From the IMG/VR virus record IMGVR_UViG_2654587972_000002: DNA of 20,000 bases. The stretch is one strand, 5' to 3'. A model generated the notes under the pieces. It was not told the origin of the DNA, searched no databases, and worked only from the letters and a program-made list of their open reading frames with translations. Below are positions 8,370-17,803 of this stretch, piece after piece; position 1 is the first letter of the stretch, and each line of letters begins with the position of its first letter. The translations under genes and the position numbers were made by a program. Source of the stretch: an uncultured virus (IMG/VR IMGVR_UViG_2654587972_000002). Lineage: Duplodnaviria; Heunggongvirae; Uroviricota; Caudoviricetes.

Positions 8370-11009
8370 ATGAAAGAAATTGGAATTTCTTTTGGAATAG
8401 GAGCAGCATTAGGAGCAGGATTTGTTAAAACATTCTCGACTGCAAGTAAAGGAATTTCTGGTCTTAACCAAGAAATTATAAAATTACAAAGAACTCAAAA
8501 ATTATTAGAAAAATATGATGGAGATAAAAAAGCATTAAAAGAAAAAATTGAAGTTATTAAAAAAACTAAATTAGCAATAGCTGAGCTCAAAAAAAGTATG
8601 AAAGATGAGAAAAATCAGACAACTGAAAATGCAAAAGCATTACAAAATTTAGAAAAAAAATTAAATTCATTAAATAGTTCTTATTCAACTGAGCTAAAAC
8701 ATGTGAGGGAAACAGCAAAAGTATTGAGAGATAAAAAGGTAGATATAAGTAACACAGCAAAAACATATAAGGAACTTCAAAAAGAAATAGATAGAGCTAA
8801 TGAAGCAAGTAAAAGATTTGCAAAAGCTGAGGCATCTAAACAAGTAGCTGATAAATTTTCAAAAATAGGTGGTACTTCTATAAAAATGGGAGCTGCTGGA
8901 GTTGGGTTACTATATAAACCTGTTCAACAAGCAATAAGTGCTGAAAGTAACTTTGCTGCTGTAAAAAAACAATTTGATTTTAAAGATAAAGCTGAAGAAG
9001 AAAACTTTAAAAAAGAGCTCCATAAGATTATTACTGAAAAGAAAATAGCAATTGGACTTGATGAATTATATGCAGCAGCTGCTAATGCTGGACAAACAGG
9101 ATTAAATAAAGATGAAGCTATCCAATATATAGAACTTGCCTCTAAAATGGGAATGGCTTTTGATATGAATAGAGAAGAAGCTGCTAATGCTATGTTTAAT
9201 ATGAGAAACTCTTTAAATCTATCTTATGATGGGCTAGTTGAACTTACAGATAGAATAAACTATCTAGGAGATAAAACAGGAGCTAGTGCTTCAGCAATAA
9301 CAGATTTCACTAATAGAGTTGGAAGTATCGGAAAAGTTGCAGGATTTTCAGAAAAACAAGTTGCAGCTCTTGGAGCTTCATTAATTGAACAAGGAATGGA
9401 AGCAGAAGTTGCAGCAACAGGAGCAAGAAAAATACTTGTAGCTTTAAGTAAAGGAAATGCCACTACCAAAAATCAAGCAGAAGTTTATAAATCTTTGGGA
9501 ATAGATCCTGTTAAATTAGCTAAAATAGCACAAGAAGATAGTGAAAAAGCATTGTTTATGGTTTTTAATGAAATTAAAAAGAAAAGTAAAGATGAACAAA
9601 CTGCTATTTTAACTCAACTATTTGGTCAAGAAGGTTTAGATGCAGGCTCTAAATTTTTAACTAATATGGATAAGTTAAAAGAGAATTTAAATAAAGTAAA
9701 TGGAGATGAAGCTAAGGGAAGTGTAGATAAAGAAGCCGATATAAAAAGAGGAACAACTGAAAATCAACTTGCAATAACTATGGGGAAATTAAGTATAGCT
9801 GGAAGCCAATTAGGAGCATTATTACTTCCTGAAATAAATAAAATAATTACTGGATTTTCAAATTTATTGACAAAAATAACAGAATTTCAAAGACTACATC
9901 CTGAAGGTTTTAAAACATTTATGAAAATTTTTGGTTATGGTTCAGTAGCACTATTAGGATTTGGAAGTGCTTTAAAACTTATTTCAGGTGGAATAAATAT
10001 GTATTCTAACTATATGAAAATAGCTGGGTTTATGACAGAACATAAATTTGGAACAAAAATATTTTCTGTTGGGAAAAAACTATTAGGTGGAGTTGGTAAA
10101 ATTGCAAAAGGTTTTAAAGCTTTAAGTCTTACTATATTAACAAGTCCTGTTACTTGGATAATTGCAGGAATTTTAGCTTTAGTAGCTGCAGGTTATTTAT
10201 TATATAAAAATTGGGATACTGTAAAAGCTAAAGCTATTGAATTAAAAGATAAAGTAGTTGGACTTATTGATAAGTTTTGGTTTTTAATGGGTCCTTTAGG
10301 TTGGATTGTAAAAGCTGGAATGACAGTATATCGTAACTGGGATACTATTAAAGAAAAAGCAGGAGAATTAAAAGATAAAATAGCAAATATGGTTACTAAT
10401 ATTCTTTTAAAATGGGATAATTTCAAGGCTGCTACAAAAGAAATCTTAGGAAATGTTTTTAAATGGATGGAAGATAAATGGAACAGCATTAAAGAAGTTG
10501 GAGCAGCAGTAGCAGACTTTTTTATTGGAATATTTGATAAAATCAAGAGTGGATTTGAAACTGTTGTTGGATGGGGAAAAAAGATATTATTTATAGGTTC
10601 TGATGAAGAAAAAGCTCCACCAGGAAGAAGAGGATATTCACAACCTAATACTAAAACATATTCTTATGGTGGTAGAGGAGATATACCAAAATATGCTTTA
10701 GGTGGAATTGTAACTTCTCCTACTCTTGCTTGGGTTGGAGAAGGTGGAAGTTCAGAGTCAATTATTCCTCATGATAATAGTCGAAGAAGTTTGAACTTAT
10801 GGGAAAAGACTGGAAAATTAATAGGTGCATATGAAAGTAGTAATAACTCTAGTTCCTTTACTTTTACATACTCACCTGTTATTTATGCAAATGATAGTCA
10901 AAATATAGATAACACTCTAAGGAAAAATAAAGATGAAGCTTTTGATGAGTTTAAAAATATGATGAAAAAATATGAAAGAGAAAATATACGGAGAGGCAAT
11001 GGAAGATAA
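8370..11009 (+). CDS. Tail tape measure protein (TP901-family core)
   Basis: GGAGG (8361-8365) before ATG 8370; Ala-rich helical core, TM-like segments, NWDT/KW repeats, C-terminal YALGGIVTSPTLAWVGEGG motif. Confidence 0.95.
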   Translation: MKEIGISFGIGAALGAGFVKTFSTASKGISGLNQEIIKLQRTQKLLEKYDGDKKALKEKIEVIKKTKLAIAELKKSMKDEKNQTTENAKALQNLEKKLNSLNSSYSTELKHVRETAKVLRDKKVDISNTAKTYKELQKEIDRANEASKRFAKAEASKQVADKFSKIGGTSIKMGAAGVGLLYKPVQQAISAESNFAAVKKQFDFKDKAEEENFKKELHKIITEKKIAIGLDELYAAAANAGQTGLNKDEAIQYIELASKMGMAFDMNREEAANAMFNMRNSLNLSYDGLVELTDRINYLGDKTGASASAITDFTNRVGSIGKVAGFSEKQVAALGASLIEQGMEAEVAATGARKILVALSKGNATTKNQAEVYKSLGIDPVKLAKIAQEDSEKALFMVFNEIKKKSKDEQTAILTQLFGQEGLDAGSKFLTNMDKLKENLNKVNGDEAKGSVDKEADIKRGTTENQLAITMGKLSIAGSQLGALLLPEINKIITGFSNLLTKITEFQRLHPEGFKTFMKIFGYGSVALLGFGSALKLISGGINMYSNYMKIAGFMTEHKFGTKIFSVGKKLLGGVGKIAKGFKALSLTILTSPVTWIIAGILALVAAGYLLYKNWDTVKAKAIELKDKVVGLIDKFWFLMGPLGWIVKAGMTVYRNWDTIKEKAGELKDKIANMVTNILLKWDNFKAATKEILGNVFKWMEDKWNSIKEVGAAVADFFIGIFDKIKSGFETVVGWGKKILFIGSDEEKAPPGRRGYSQPNTKTYSYGGRGDIPKYALGGIVTSPTLAWVGEGGSSESIIPHDNSRRSLNLWEKTGKLIGAYESSNNSSSFTFTYSPVIYANDSQNIDNTLRKNKDEAFDEFKNMMKKYERENIRRGNGR

Positions 11010-11208
11010 ATGGAATTATTATACAACCAAAGATGGAGATACATGGGATAAAATCTCATATCTATTATATAAAAATTCTAAATTTATTCATTACTTAAAT
11101 TTATGGAATGAAGAATATTCAGAGTATTTTATTTTTCCAGCAGGAATAGTTTTAAAATACAAACAAATTGATATGAAAAGTTCAAATGTACCTCCTTGGA
11201 GAAGATAA
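10999..11208 (+). CDS. Tail protein X (LysM-like)
   Basis: YTTKDGDTWDKISY..Y, FIFPAGIVL and PPWRR motifs; GGAGAGG before ATG 10999. Confidence 0.88.
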   Translation: MEDKWNYYTTKDGDTWDKISYLLYKNSKFIHYLNLWNEEYSEYFIFPAGIVLKYKQIDMKSSNVPPWRR

Positions 11209-11210
11209 AT

Positions 11211-12317
11211 ATGGAAATTGATTTAAAAAAAATTGATACTTTTGACTTCACAAAAGAAGTTGAAAATGCAAGAAGAACTGAAATAACAATAATTTATGAA
11301 GGTAAAAATATAACAAAAGAAATCCATAGCCAACTTACATCATGTTCTCAAAGCGATTCTATAAATCAATTAGATACATTAGAACTTACTTTAGAAAATA
11401 GGGATATGCTATGGATATCATCTTGGATGCCTCAAAAGGGAGAAACATTAAAAGCATCATTAACATTAAAACATTGGGAAAAAGATTTGGAAATAATAAC
11501 ACATGATATGGGATTATTTTATATAGATACTGTTGATTTTAGTGGTCCTCCTGATATTGTTAATATAAAAGCTATTTCTTTTGATATAGCATCAGATATT
11601 GTTGATAAAAAAGAAAATAAAGTATGGGAGAATGTAACATTCAAAACAATTCTAAATGAAATTGCAAATAAAAGGAAAATAAAGGCTATTTGTGATATCT
11701 CATTTAATAGAAAATATAAAAGAATTGAACAGAAATTACAATCAGATTTTGACTTTTTGAAGAAATTATCTGAAGAAGCAGGAATAAATTTGAAACTATT
11801 TGATAACAAAATTATAGCTTTTGAAGAAGAGGAATATGAAAAAAAAGATATTAAAAAGATATTTTTTAAAAATCAATTAGAAAGTTATAGTTTTTCAACA
11901 GAAGATACTGATAGTTATTCAAGCTGCACAATAAGTTATTATAGCTACAAGAATAAAAAGAAAATTGAAAAAACTTTCAAAATAAAAAATAGAAATTCTT
12001 ATAAAAGGCAGACTAAAAGAAACTTATTTATCAACGAAGATAAGCAAGTTACTGGAAAAAATGCAAAGGAAATTGAAAAACAATTATTAGAAATAGCTAA
12101 AAAAGCATTAAGAGATAAAAATAAAAAAGAAATAAAAGGAAATATTTCTTTTATGGGAACAACCGAATTAATATCTGTTGGGGATACAATCCTTTTAAAC
12201 GATTTTGGAAGTTTTTCTGGGAAATACATTATAGATGATTTAAAAATTGATTTTTTATCTTATAAAATAAATGCTGAAATTCATAAAGTTATAAATTTTG
12301 AGGTGGAAAATGATTAG
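11211..12317 (+). CDS. Baseplate hub / late control D protein (P2 gpD-like)
   Basis: ARR..I.YEGKNIT, W...WMPQKG, G.FYID...SGPP and EQ..QSDFDFL motifs; ATG 11211 preferred over TTG 11196. Confidence 0.88.
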   Translation: MEIDLKKIDTFDFTKEVENARRTEITIIYEGKNITKEIHSQLTSCSQSDSINQLDTLELTLENRDMLWISSWMPQKGETLKASLTLKHWEKDLEIITHDMGLFYIDTVDFSGPPDIVNIKAISFDIASDIVDKKENKVWENVTFKTILNEIANKRKIKAICDISFNRKYKRIEQKLQSDFDFLKKLSEEAGINLKLFDNKIIAFEEEEYEKKDIKKIFFKNQLESYSFSTEDTDSYSSCTISYYSYKNKKKIEKTFKIKNRNSYKRQTKRNLFINEDKQVTGKNAKEIEKQLLEIAKKALRDKNKKEIKGNISFMGTTELISVGDTILLNDFGSFSGKYIIDDLKIDFLSYKINAEIHKVINFEVEND

Positions 12318-12843
12318 ATATGGAAAAGTAACAAGTATATTTCCTAAAAAAGGAACTATAAAAGTAACATTTGAAGATATCAATATTCCTTCTGTTGAAA
12401 TTCCTGTTTTACAAGGAAGAACAGATGGAACAAAGCATTATTCATTTCCTAAAATTGGGGAAGTTGGAATTTGTATATTTCCTGAAAATACTTTTAATGG
12501 TTTTTATCTAGGTTCTGGATATGATGAAGCAACACCGATACCAAATGGGGCAGGAGAAGGAATTGAAATAACTGTTTTCAATGATGGCACTATAATTTCA
12601 TATGATGAAAATAATTCTAAATTATATATAAATTGTCAAAATGAAATTGAGATAGTTGCTAAAAATATAAAAATAGAATGTCCAAAAACTAAAATTATAG
12701 GAGATATAGATATAACAGGTTCAGTGAGCATAGAGGGAAATTTAGATGCTAGTGAAGATGTTACAGCCGATGGAATATCTCTAAAAAATCACTTACATAG
12801 TGGAGTAAAAGCTGGTGGAGATAAAACAGGAGGTCCTGAATGA
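12310..12843 (+). CDS. Baseplate spike protein V (P2 gpV-like)
   Basis: IRYGKV OB-fold start; C-terminal GISLKNHLHSGVKAGGDKTGGP with HxH metal-binding apex. Confidence 0.92.
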   Translation: MIRYGKVTSIFPKKGTIKVTFEDINIPSVEIPVLQGRTDGTKHYSFPKIGEVGICIFPENTFNGFYLGSGYDEATPIPNGAGEGIEITVFNDGTIISYDENNSKLYINCQNEIEIVAKNIKIECPKTKIIGDIDITGSVSIEGNLDASEDVTADGISLKNHLHSGVKAGGDKTGGPE

Positions 12844-13226
12844 TAGTTGGTAGTTTAGGAAATTATATATTTTTTACAAGTTCAATATATACAAAAACAT
12901 ATAATTCTTTTTCAAGAACTATATCTTCAAGATGGGTAGAGCATAAAATTATTGGGGAAAAACCAAAACTGCAATTTGATGGATTAGAACTTGAAAATAT
13001 AAGTTTTTCTATACATTTAAATAGGTTTTTTAAGGTAGATGTAGAAAAAGAAAAAAAGAAATTAGAAACTTTTTTAAAAGAAGGTAAAGTTCTAAGACTT
13101 ATCCTTGGTGGTAAAAAGATAGGGAATTATGTTATTACAAGCATTGGAGAAGAACCTAAAGGTTATAATGCTTTTGGAGTTCCAACTAAAACAGACTTAA
13201 AAATAGAATTGAAGGAGTATAACTAA
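12840..13226 (+). CDS. P2 gpU-like tail protein
   Basis: MIVGSLG..F, RWVEH..IGEKPKLQF.G and LKEY motifs. Confidence 0.88.
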   Translation: MIVGSLGNYIFFTSSIYTKTYNSFSRTISSRWVEHKIIGEKPKLQFDGLELENISFSIHLNRFFKVDVEKEKKKLETFLKEGKVLRLILGGKKIGNYVITSIGEEPKGYNAFGVPTKTDLKIELKEYN

Positions 13227-13540
13227 TGGAAATATATATAGACTCTTCAAAAGAAAGAAATTATAAATTTTTAAAAAATAGAACAGATGAAATTATTCAA
13301 AATATTGAAAATATTATATCTCGAATAAGAGGAAATGTTGTTTTAGCAAGAGAAAAAGGAATTAATTTTAATTACATTGATGAACCAATGGAGATAATTA
13401 ATGCTCAAATTATAGCTGATTGTATGGAAGAAATTGAAAAAGAAGAACCTAGATTTAATGTAGATGAAATAAAAATATTGGAAAATCAAGAATTAGCCAA
13501 AATTAAAATAGTTGTTATTGGAGATGTTAAAGATGGATAA
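13226..13540 (+). CDS. Baseplate wedge protein W / gp25-like
   Basis: IIQNI..I...RG.V.LAR..G and EPRF.V motifs. Confidence 0.8.
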   Translation: MEIYIDSSKERNYKFLKNRTDEIIQNIENIISRIRGNVVLAREKGINFNYIDEPMEIINAQIIADCMEEIEKEEPRFNVDEIKILENQELAKIKIVVIGDVKDG

Positions 13541-14630
13541 ATTTACATTCATAGATTTAGATACTAATCAAATAAAAAAAGAAATAAAAAATGGATATGA
13601 AGAAATTATGAAAACCAAAATTTCAGCAGGAGATCCAGCTGAAGATTTTATTGATTGGGTTACATATCTAGTATGTACATCAAAAGACTATATGAATTTC
13701 ATAGGGAAAATGAATTTACTTCAATATTCAAAGGGGAAATATTTAGATGCTTTAGGAGCTCTTATAGATGTTTCAAGAATAACTGAAAAGGAAGCTGAAT
13801 GTTCAATAGAATATACTTTTTCTAAAATTTTTGATGAAAGAAAAATAATAGGAAAAGGACATAAAGTAGCAAAAGATAATTTATACTTCGAGAGTATCGA
13901 AACAATAATATTAGAACCAGGAAGAAGAACAGTGATAGGTAAAGTAAAATGTCTAGCACCTGGATTAATAGGAAACGATATTGAAATTGGAGAAATAAAT
14001 ACAATTGTAGATGATATTCCATATTTACTATCTGTTTCAAATATTACTAAAACATCTGGTGGTGCTGATAGAGAAGATGATGATGCATATAGAAATAGAA
14101 TAAGATTAAGACCTAGAGCCTTTTCAGTAGCAGGACCTCATGGAGCGTATCAATATTATACCTTAACATCACATCAAGATATTAAAGACTCTTATATTTA
14201 TACTCCTCCATTAACACCTGGAATTGTAAAAATTATTCCACTATTAAAAAATGGAGAATTACCTAGTCAAGAAATATTAGAAAAAATTAAAGAAAAATTA
14301 GCTGATGATGTAAGACCATTAACAGATAAGATTGAGATAGAAAAGCCAAAAGTGCAACCATATAACGTAGATATAAAATATTGGACTAAAAAAGGAGATA
14401 ATCCTATTTTAGTGAAAAAAGAAGTAGAAGCTGCTTTCAGCGAATATATCTACTGGCAAAAAGAAAAACTAGGAAGAGATATAAATCCAAATAAATTAAC
14501 TCAATTATTAATATTAGCAGGAGCAAAGAGAGTTGAAATAACAAGTCCTATATTTCAAAAAATAGAAAGAGATACTGTAGCAAAGGAACTAACAAAGAGT
14601 ATAAAGTATATAGGTGAGGAAGATGAATAA
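13533..14630 (+). CDS. Baseplate J-like protein
   Basis: GKYLDALG, GGADREDDDAYRNRI, FSVAGPHGAY, VRPLTD and LGRDINP motifs; ATG 13533 preferred. Confidence 0.95.
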   Translation: MDKFTFIDLDTNQIKKEIKNGYEEIMKTKISAGDPAEDFIDWVTYLVCTSKDYMNFIGKMNLLQYSKGKYLDALGALIDVSRITEKEAECSIEYTFSKIFDERKIIGKGHKVAKDNLYFESIETIILEPGRRTVIGKVKCLAPGLIGNDIEIGEINTIVDDIPYLLSVSNITKTSGGADREDDDAYRNRIRLRPRAFSVAGPHGAYQYYTLTSHQDIKDSYIYTPPLTPGIVKIIPLLKNGELPSQEILEKIKEKLADDVRPLTDKIEIEKPKVQPYNVDIKYWTKKGDNPILVKKEVEAAFSEYIYWQKEKLGRDINPNKLTQLLILAGAKRVEITSPIFQKIERDTVAKELTKSIKYIGEEDE

Positions 14631-15258
14631 GTTAGAACATGCAAGTTACACAGCGATATTTCCTGAAAATTTAAAAAAATATAAAAATCTAACAGCATTT
14701 TCTAAAAATATTGAAAACACTTTTAAAACTTATATTGTAAGTAAAATTCAAAATTTAGCACTTTTTTATAATCTTGAAATACAGGAAGATAAAGTATTAG
14801 ATGAAATTGCTTGGTTCTTTAATATTGATAAATATAGAACTGATTTAGATAGGGAAATAAAAATAAAATTAATAAAATCAGCATATTGGGTGCACTCAAA
14901 AAAAGGAACTAAAACTGCTGTAATTTCTCAATTAAAAAATCTAAATTATGAAATAAAAATTGAAGAATGGTTTGAATATGGGGGAAGACCTTTTACATTT
15001 AGACTTATAACAGGAAATGAGAGTAAAGATAAAAACTGGTTAAAAAATGTTTTATCACTTATAGAAGAATATAAAAATGTTAGAAGTATTCTTGAAGCTT
15101 TTTATTCATTGAAAGAAAAAAAATATAACTATTATGTTGCAGGATATAAAGAAGTATTTATAACAGCAAAAAAAGTTAATGCTGCAGAAGATAGAGAGAT
15201 AAATAAAAACATATTCTTAGGAGCATATAAGCAAATTAGAAAGGAGATTATAAAATGA
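14623..15258 (+). CDS. Tail protein I (P2 gpI-like)
   Basis: LDEIAWFF, H.KKGTK.AV, EEWFEYGGRPFTF and YKNVRS.L motifs. Confidence 0.92.
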   Translation: MNKLEHASYTAIFPENLKKYKNLTAFSKNIENTFKTYIVSKIQNLALFYNLEIQEDKVLDEIAWFFNIDKYRTDLDREIKIKLIKSAYWVHSKKGTKTAVISQLKNLNYEIKIEEWFEYGGRPFTFRLITGNESKDKNWLKNVLSLIEEYKNVRSILEAFYSLKEKKYNYYVAGYKEVFITAKKVNAAEDREINKNIFLGAYKQIRKEIIK

Positions 15259-16286
15259 AATTTAGTGGATTAACTAAGAAAGGAAGAGCATACCTGGCAA
15301 AATGTCAAGCTGCTTCTACTCCAATTCAATTTACAAAAATGAAATTTGGAGATGGAAAACTTATTGATAATGAAAATCCAGCAGATTTGACAGATATAAA
15401 AAATATAAAAGTAGAAAAATCAATTTTAAGCAAAGAGTCAAAAGGGGATGCAGTTGTATTAACAACTATTATAGATAATGTTTCACTTGGACAAGGGTAT
15501 TTCCCAAGAGAAACAGGAATATATGTATTAGATGAAGGTGTAGAAGTTTTATATTTTTACATGAACGATGGTGATGAAACTTCTTGGATTCCACCTGAAG
15601 CTGATGGACCACATAGAATGGAAGTAAAAATTAATTTAATTTCATCAAATACTGGTTCTGTTATTGTTCATAATGATGGGAAAGATTTATACATTACAAA
15701 AGAGTATTTAGAAGCAAATTACACCCAAAAAGGTGAATATGATGGAACAGCACAAAATATTGAAGATAGAGTTGTTGCAGCAGTTGGAAAAGAAGATGGG
15801 AAATTTCCATTATCAGAGGCAATTCAAGGGAATGTTTACTACTTTATGGGAAATAAAAAATTCTACTATTGTTTAAAAAGCCAAAGTAATAGAGTGAGTG
15901 TTCCAAATGCAGATTTTGAAGAATTGTCTATTTATCAAAATCGGAAGAAATTGGAAAATTTATCTAGTTCTGGCTCTAAAAAAATAGAGCTAAATATTCC
16001 TAATTCAAGTTACTCTTATGCTTATAGAATAGGGGATATCTGCATTTTAAACATAGATAGTGGAAGTGCTTTTGTTGGAAAAAAAGCGAATGACATACTA
16101 TTTAAATTACCATCTAATTTATATCCAAAAACTAGGACTATCGCAACACTCGGCTCTTTCGTTCCTCGACTAAGTAGAGAAATTGTAGTATATATAGAGC
16201 CGAATGGAGATTGTGTCTTAAAAACTCAAGATGCAGTTTGTCAGACCGCATACTATGGGAATATTAGCTATATAGTCCAAAATTAA
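15255..16286 (+). CDS. Tail fibre protein (N-terminal baseplate-anchor/tail-collar domain plus variable C-terminal tip)
   Basis: GLTKKGRAYLAK..FTKMKFGDG and RETGIY motifs of P2 gpH-type N-termini; tip with YRIGDICIL..LFKLP...P..YIEPNG pattern. Confidence 0.85.
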   Translation: MKFSGLTKKGRAYLAKCQAASTPIQFTKMKFGDGKLIDNENPADLTDIKNIKVEKSILSKESKGDAVVLTTIIDNVSLGQGYFPRETGIYVLDEGVEVLYFYMNDGDETSWIPPEADGPHRMEVKINLISSNTGSVIVHNDGKDLYITKEYLEANYTQKGEYDGTAQNIEDRVVAAVGKEDGKFPLSEAIQGNVYYFMGNKKFYYCLKSQSNRVSVPNADFEELSIYQNRKKLENLSSSGSKKIELNIPNSSYSYAYRIGDICILNIDSGSAFVGKKANDILFKLPSNLYPKTRTIATLGSFVPRLSREIVVYIEPNGDCVLKTQDAVCQTAYYGNISYIVQN

Positions 16287-16297
16287 ATATAAAAAAC

Positions 16298-16321
16298 TGA
16301 ATAAATTTAAAAATCTATTCA
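16298..16321. other. Dyad with 11-bp arms and 2-bp AA core (candidate recombination or protein-binding site)
   Basis: TGAATAAATTT-AA-AAATCTATTCA; arms 10/11 complementary; intergenic. Confidence 0.5.
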
Positions 16322-16341
16322 AAATTGAAAGGAGTAAAAAT

Positions 16342-17103
16342 ATGTTCTACATATATACAAAACAAAAAAAAGCAGAGATAAAGTTCACAGTAAATCTAAC
16401 AGCAAATGAAGTTAGAGATTTTATGGGTAATAATTTATTTTTAGATTACCCTGAATTAAACAAAGATGACTATATAGTAGTTGAAAAAAATGAACCATTC
16501 AAATATCCAACTTATGATGTAGCAACTAATAGTATAAGAGAAATGAGTAGAGATGAGCTTATTGAAGAAGACATTGAAATTCAATTAGTCCCTGGGGAGT
16601 ATATTGAAAATAAAAAATTAAAGTTTATTCCACAACCAAGTACTTACCATACTTGGAATACTGGTACACATAATTGGGATATAAATATGGAAGATGTTAA
16701 GAGAACATTTAGGCACAAGTTTAGAGAGATTTTATTAGATAAAATGTTTGGTTCTTATGAACATGATGGTAAGATTTTTCAAATGAAAGAATACGATGAA
16801 ATTAATTTTATGCGTGTAAAAATGGCATTAGACATTGCTGGAGAAACAGAAGACTACAATGTAATAAAAAAAGCATTAGAAACATTGGGTATATCTGTAA
16901 ACAAAGAACTTGAAGAAAAAATAAAAGGTGCAATGAAAATTGGAAAACTAAAACAATTTTTAAAATCTTTAAATACACAATGGAGATTAAAAGATAATTC
17001 TGTTGTACCTATCTCGCTTGGAGACTTAAATCAAGTTTATTTCTCTTGGATATTAAGAGTTATAGCTGCTCAAAACAAATACACTGCTATAACTAAAAAA
17101 TAA
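16342..17103 (+). CDS. Tail fibre assembly-type protein (DUF4376-like), apparently truncated by an A-tract frameshift; natural end probably 17150
   Basis: Follows the fibre; PQPSTYHTW...W and WRLKDNS motifs; the -1 frame after the A6 run continues IRDVETVKELETIEWE*. Confidence 0.75.
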   Translation: MFYIYTKQKKAEIKFTVNLTANEVRDFMGNNLFLDYPELNKDDYIVVEKNEPFKYPTYDVATNSIREMSRDELIEEDIEIQLVPGEYIENKKLKFIPQPSTYHTWNTGTHNWDINMEDVKRTFRHKFREILLDKMFGSYEHDGKIFQMKEYDEINFMRVKMALDIAGETEDYNVIKKALETLGISVNKELEEKIKGAMKIGKLKQFLKSLNTQWRLKDNSVVPISLGDLNQVYFSWILRVIAAQNKYTAITKK

Positions 17104-17175
17104 GAGATGTTGAAACTGTTAAAGAACTTGAAACAATTGAATGGGAATAAAAAGAAAAGAGGTAGAGATAAAAGT

Positions 17176-17790
17176 ATGAAAAAATTCGCATTAGTAATAG
17201 GACACAATCCTAGAGGAGAAGGAGCTTATAGCACACATTTAGGTTTATCAGAATACAGATATTGGAGAAATGTTTGTGATGAAATTAATCAAATAGATGA
17301 TAATATTGATATTTATTCAAGAAAGCCTGAAGAAAATTACATCCAGGAAATGAAACCTGTTGTTACCGAAATTAATAAACATAATTATAATTTTATTTTA
17401 GAATTACATTTTAATGCAGCTTCTCCACAAGCAAAAGGATGTGAAAGCTTAGTTTATTACAAAAATGAACAAGCTAAAAAAATTGCTACAGCTTTTATGA
17501 ATAAATTAAAAGCTGAATATGGAAGTAACATAAGAAGAGAGTGGAACAAGTTAAAAGAAAAGAAAATAGATAAAAATGGTAAGGAAGAAATAATAGAAAA
17601 AACAGTAGAAACACAGGGTATAATCCTGATTACTGATTCCAAAACGAGAGGAGGTTATGGAATATGCAATACAAATTGTACTTATGTTTTGGTTGAACCC
17701 TTCTTCGGAACTAACGAAGAAGCAAGTAAATTTAAAGATGTAAAAAAAATGGCACATTTTATAGTTGATTTTATAAATAGTATAAAATAG
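17176..17790 (+). CDS. Endolysin, N-acetylmuramoyl-L-alanine amidase (Amidase_3)
   Basis: LVIGH, SEY, LELHFNA and VLVEPFF zinc/catalytic motifs; AGAGG upstream of ATG 17176. Confidence 0.92.
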   Translation: MKKFALVIGHNPRGEGAYSTHLGLSEYRYWRNVCDEINQIDDNIDIYSRKPEENYIQEMKPVVTEINKHNYNFILELHFNAASPQAKGCESLVYYKNEQAKKIATAFMNKLKAEYGSNIRREWNKLKEKKIDKNGKEEIIEKTVETQGIILITDSKTRGGYGICNTNCTYVLVEPFFGTNEEASKFKDVKKMAHFIVDFINSIK

Positions 17791-17803
17791 TAGGAGAAAA
17801 AAA

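Noticed and set aside
10200..10580. NWDT/KW repeats in tape measure
   Set aside because: Ordinary Trp-spaced tape-measure repeats.
5580..15258. Stand-alone tailocin or contractile injection system
   Set aside because: Portal, protease and capsid genes are contiguous with the tail, so this is a phage.
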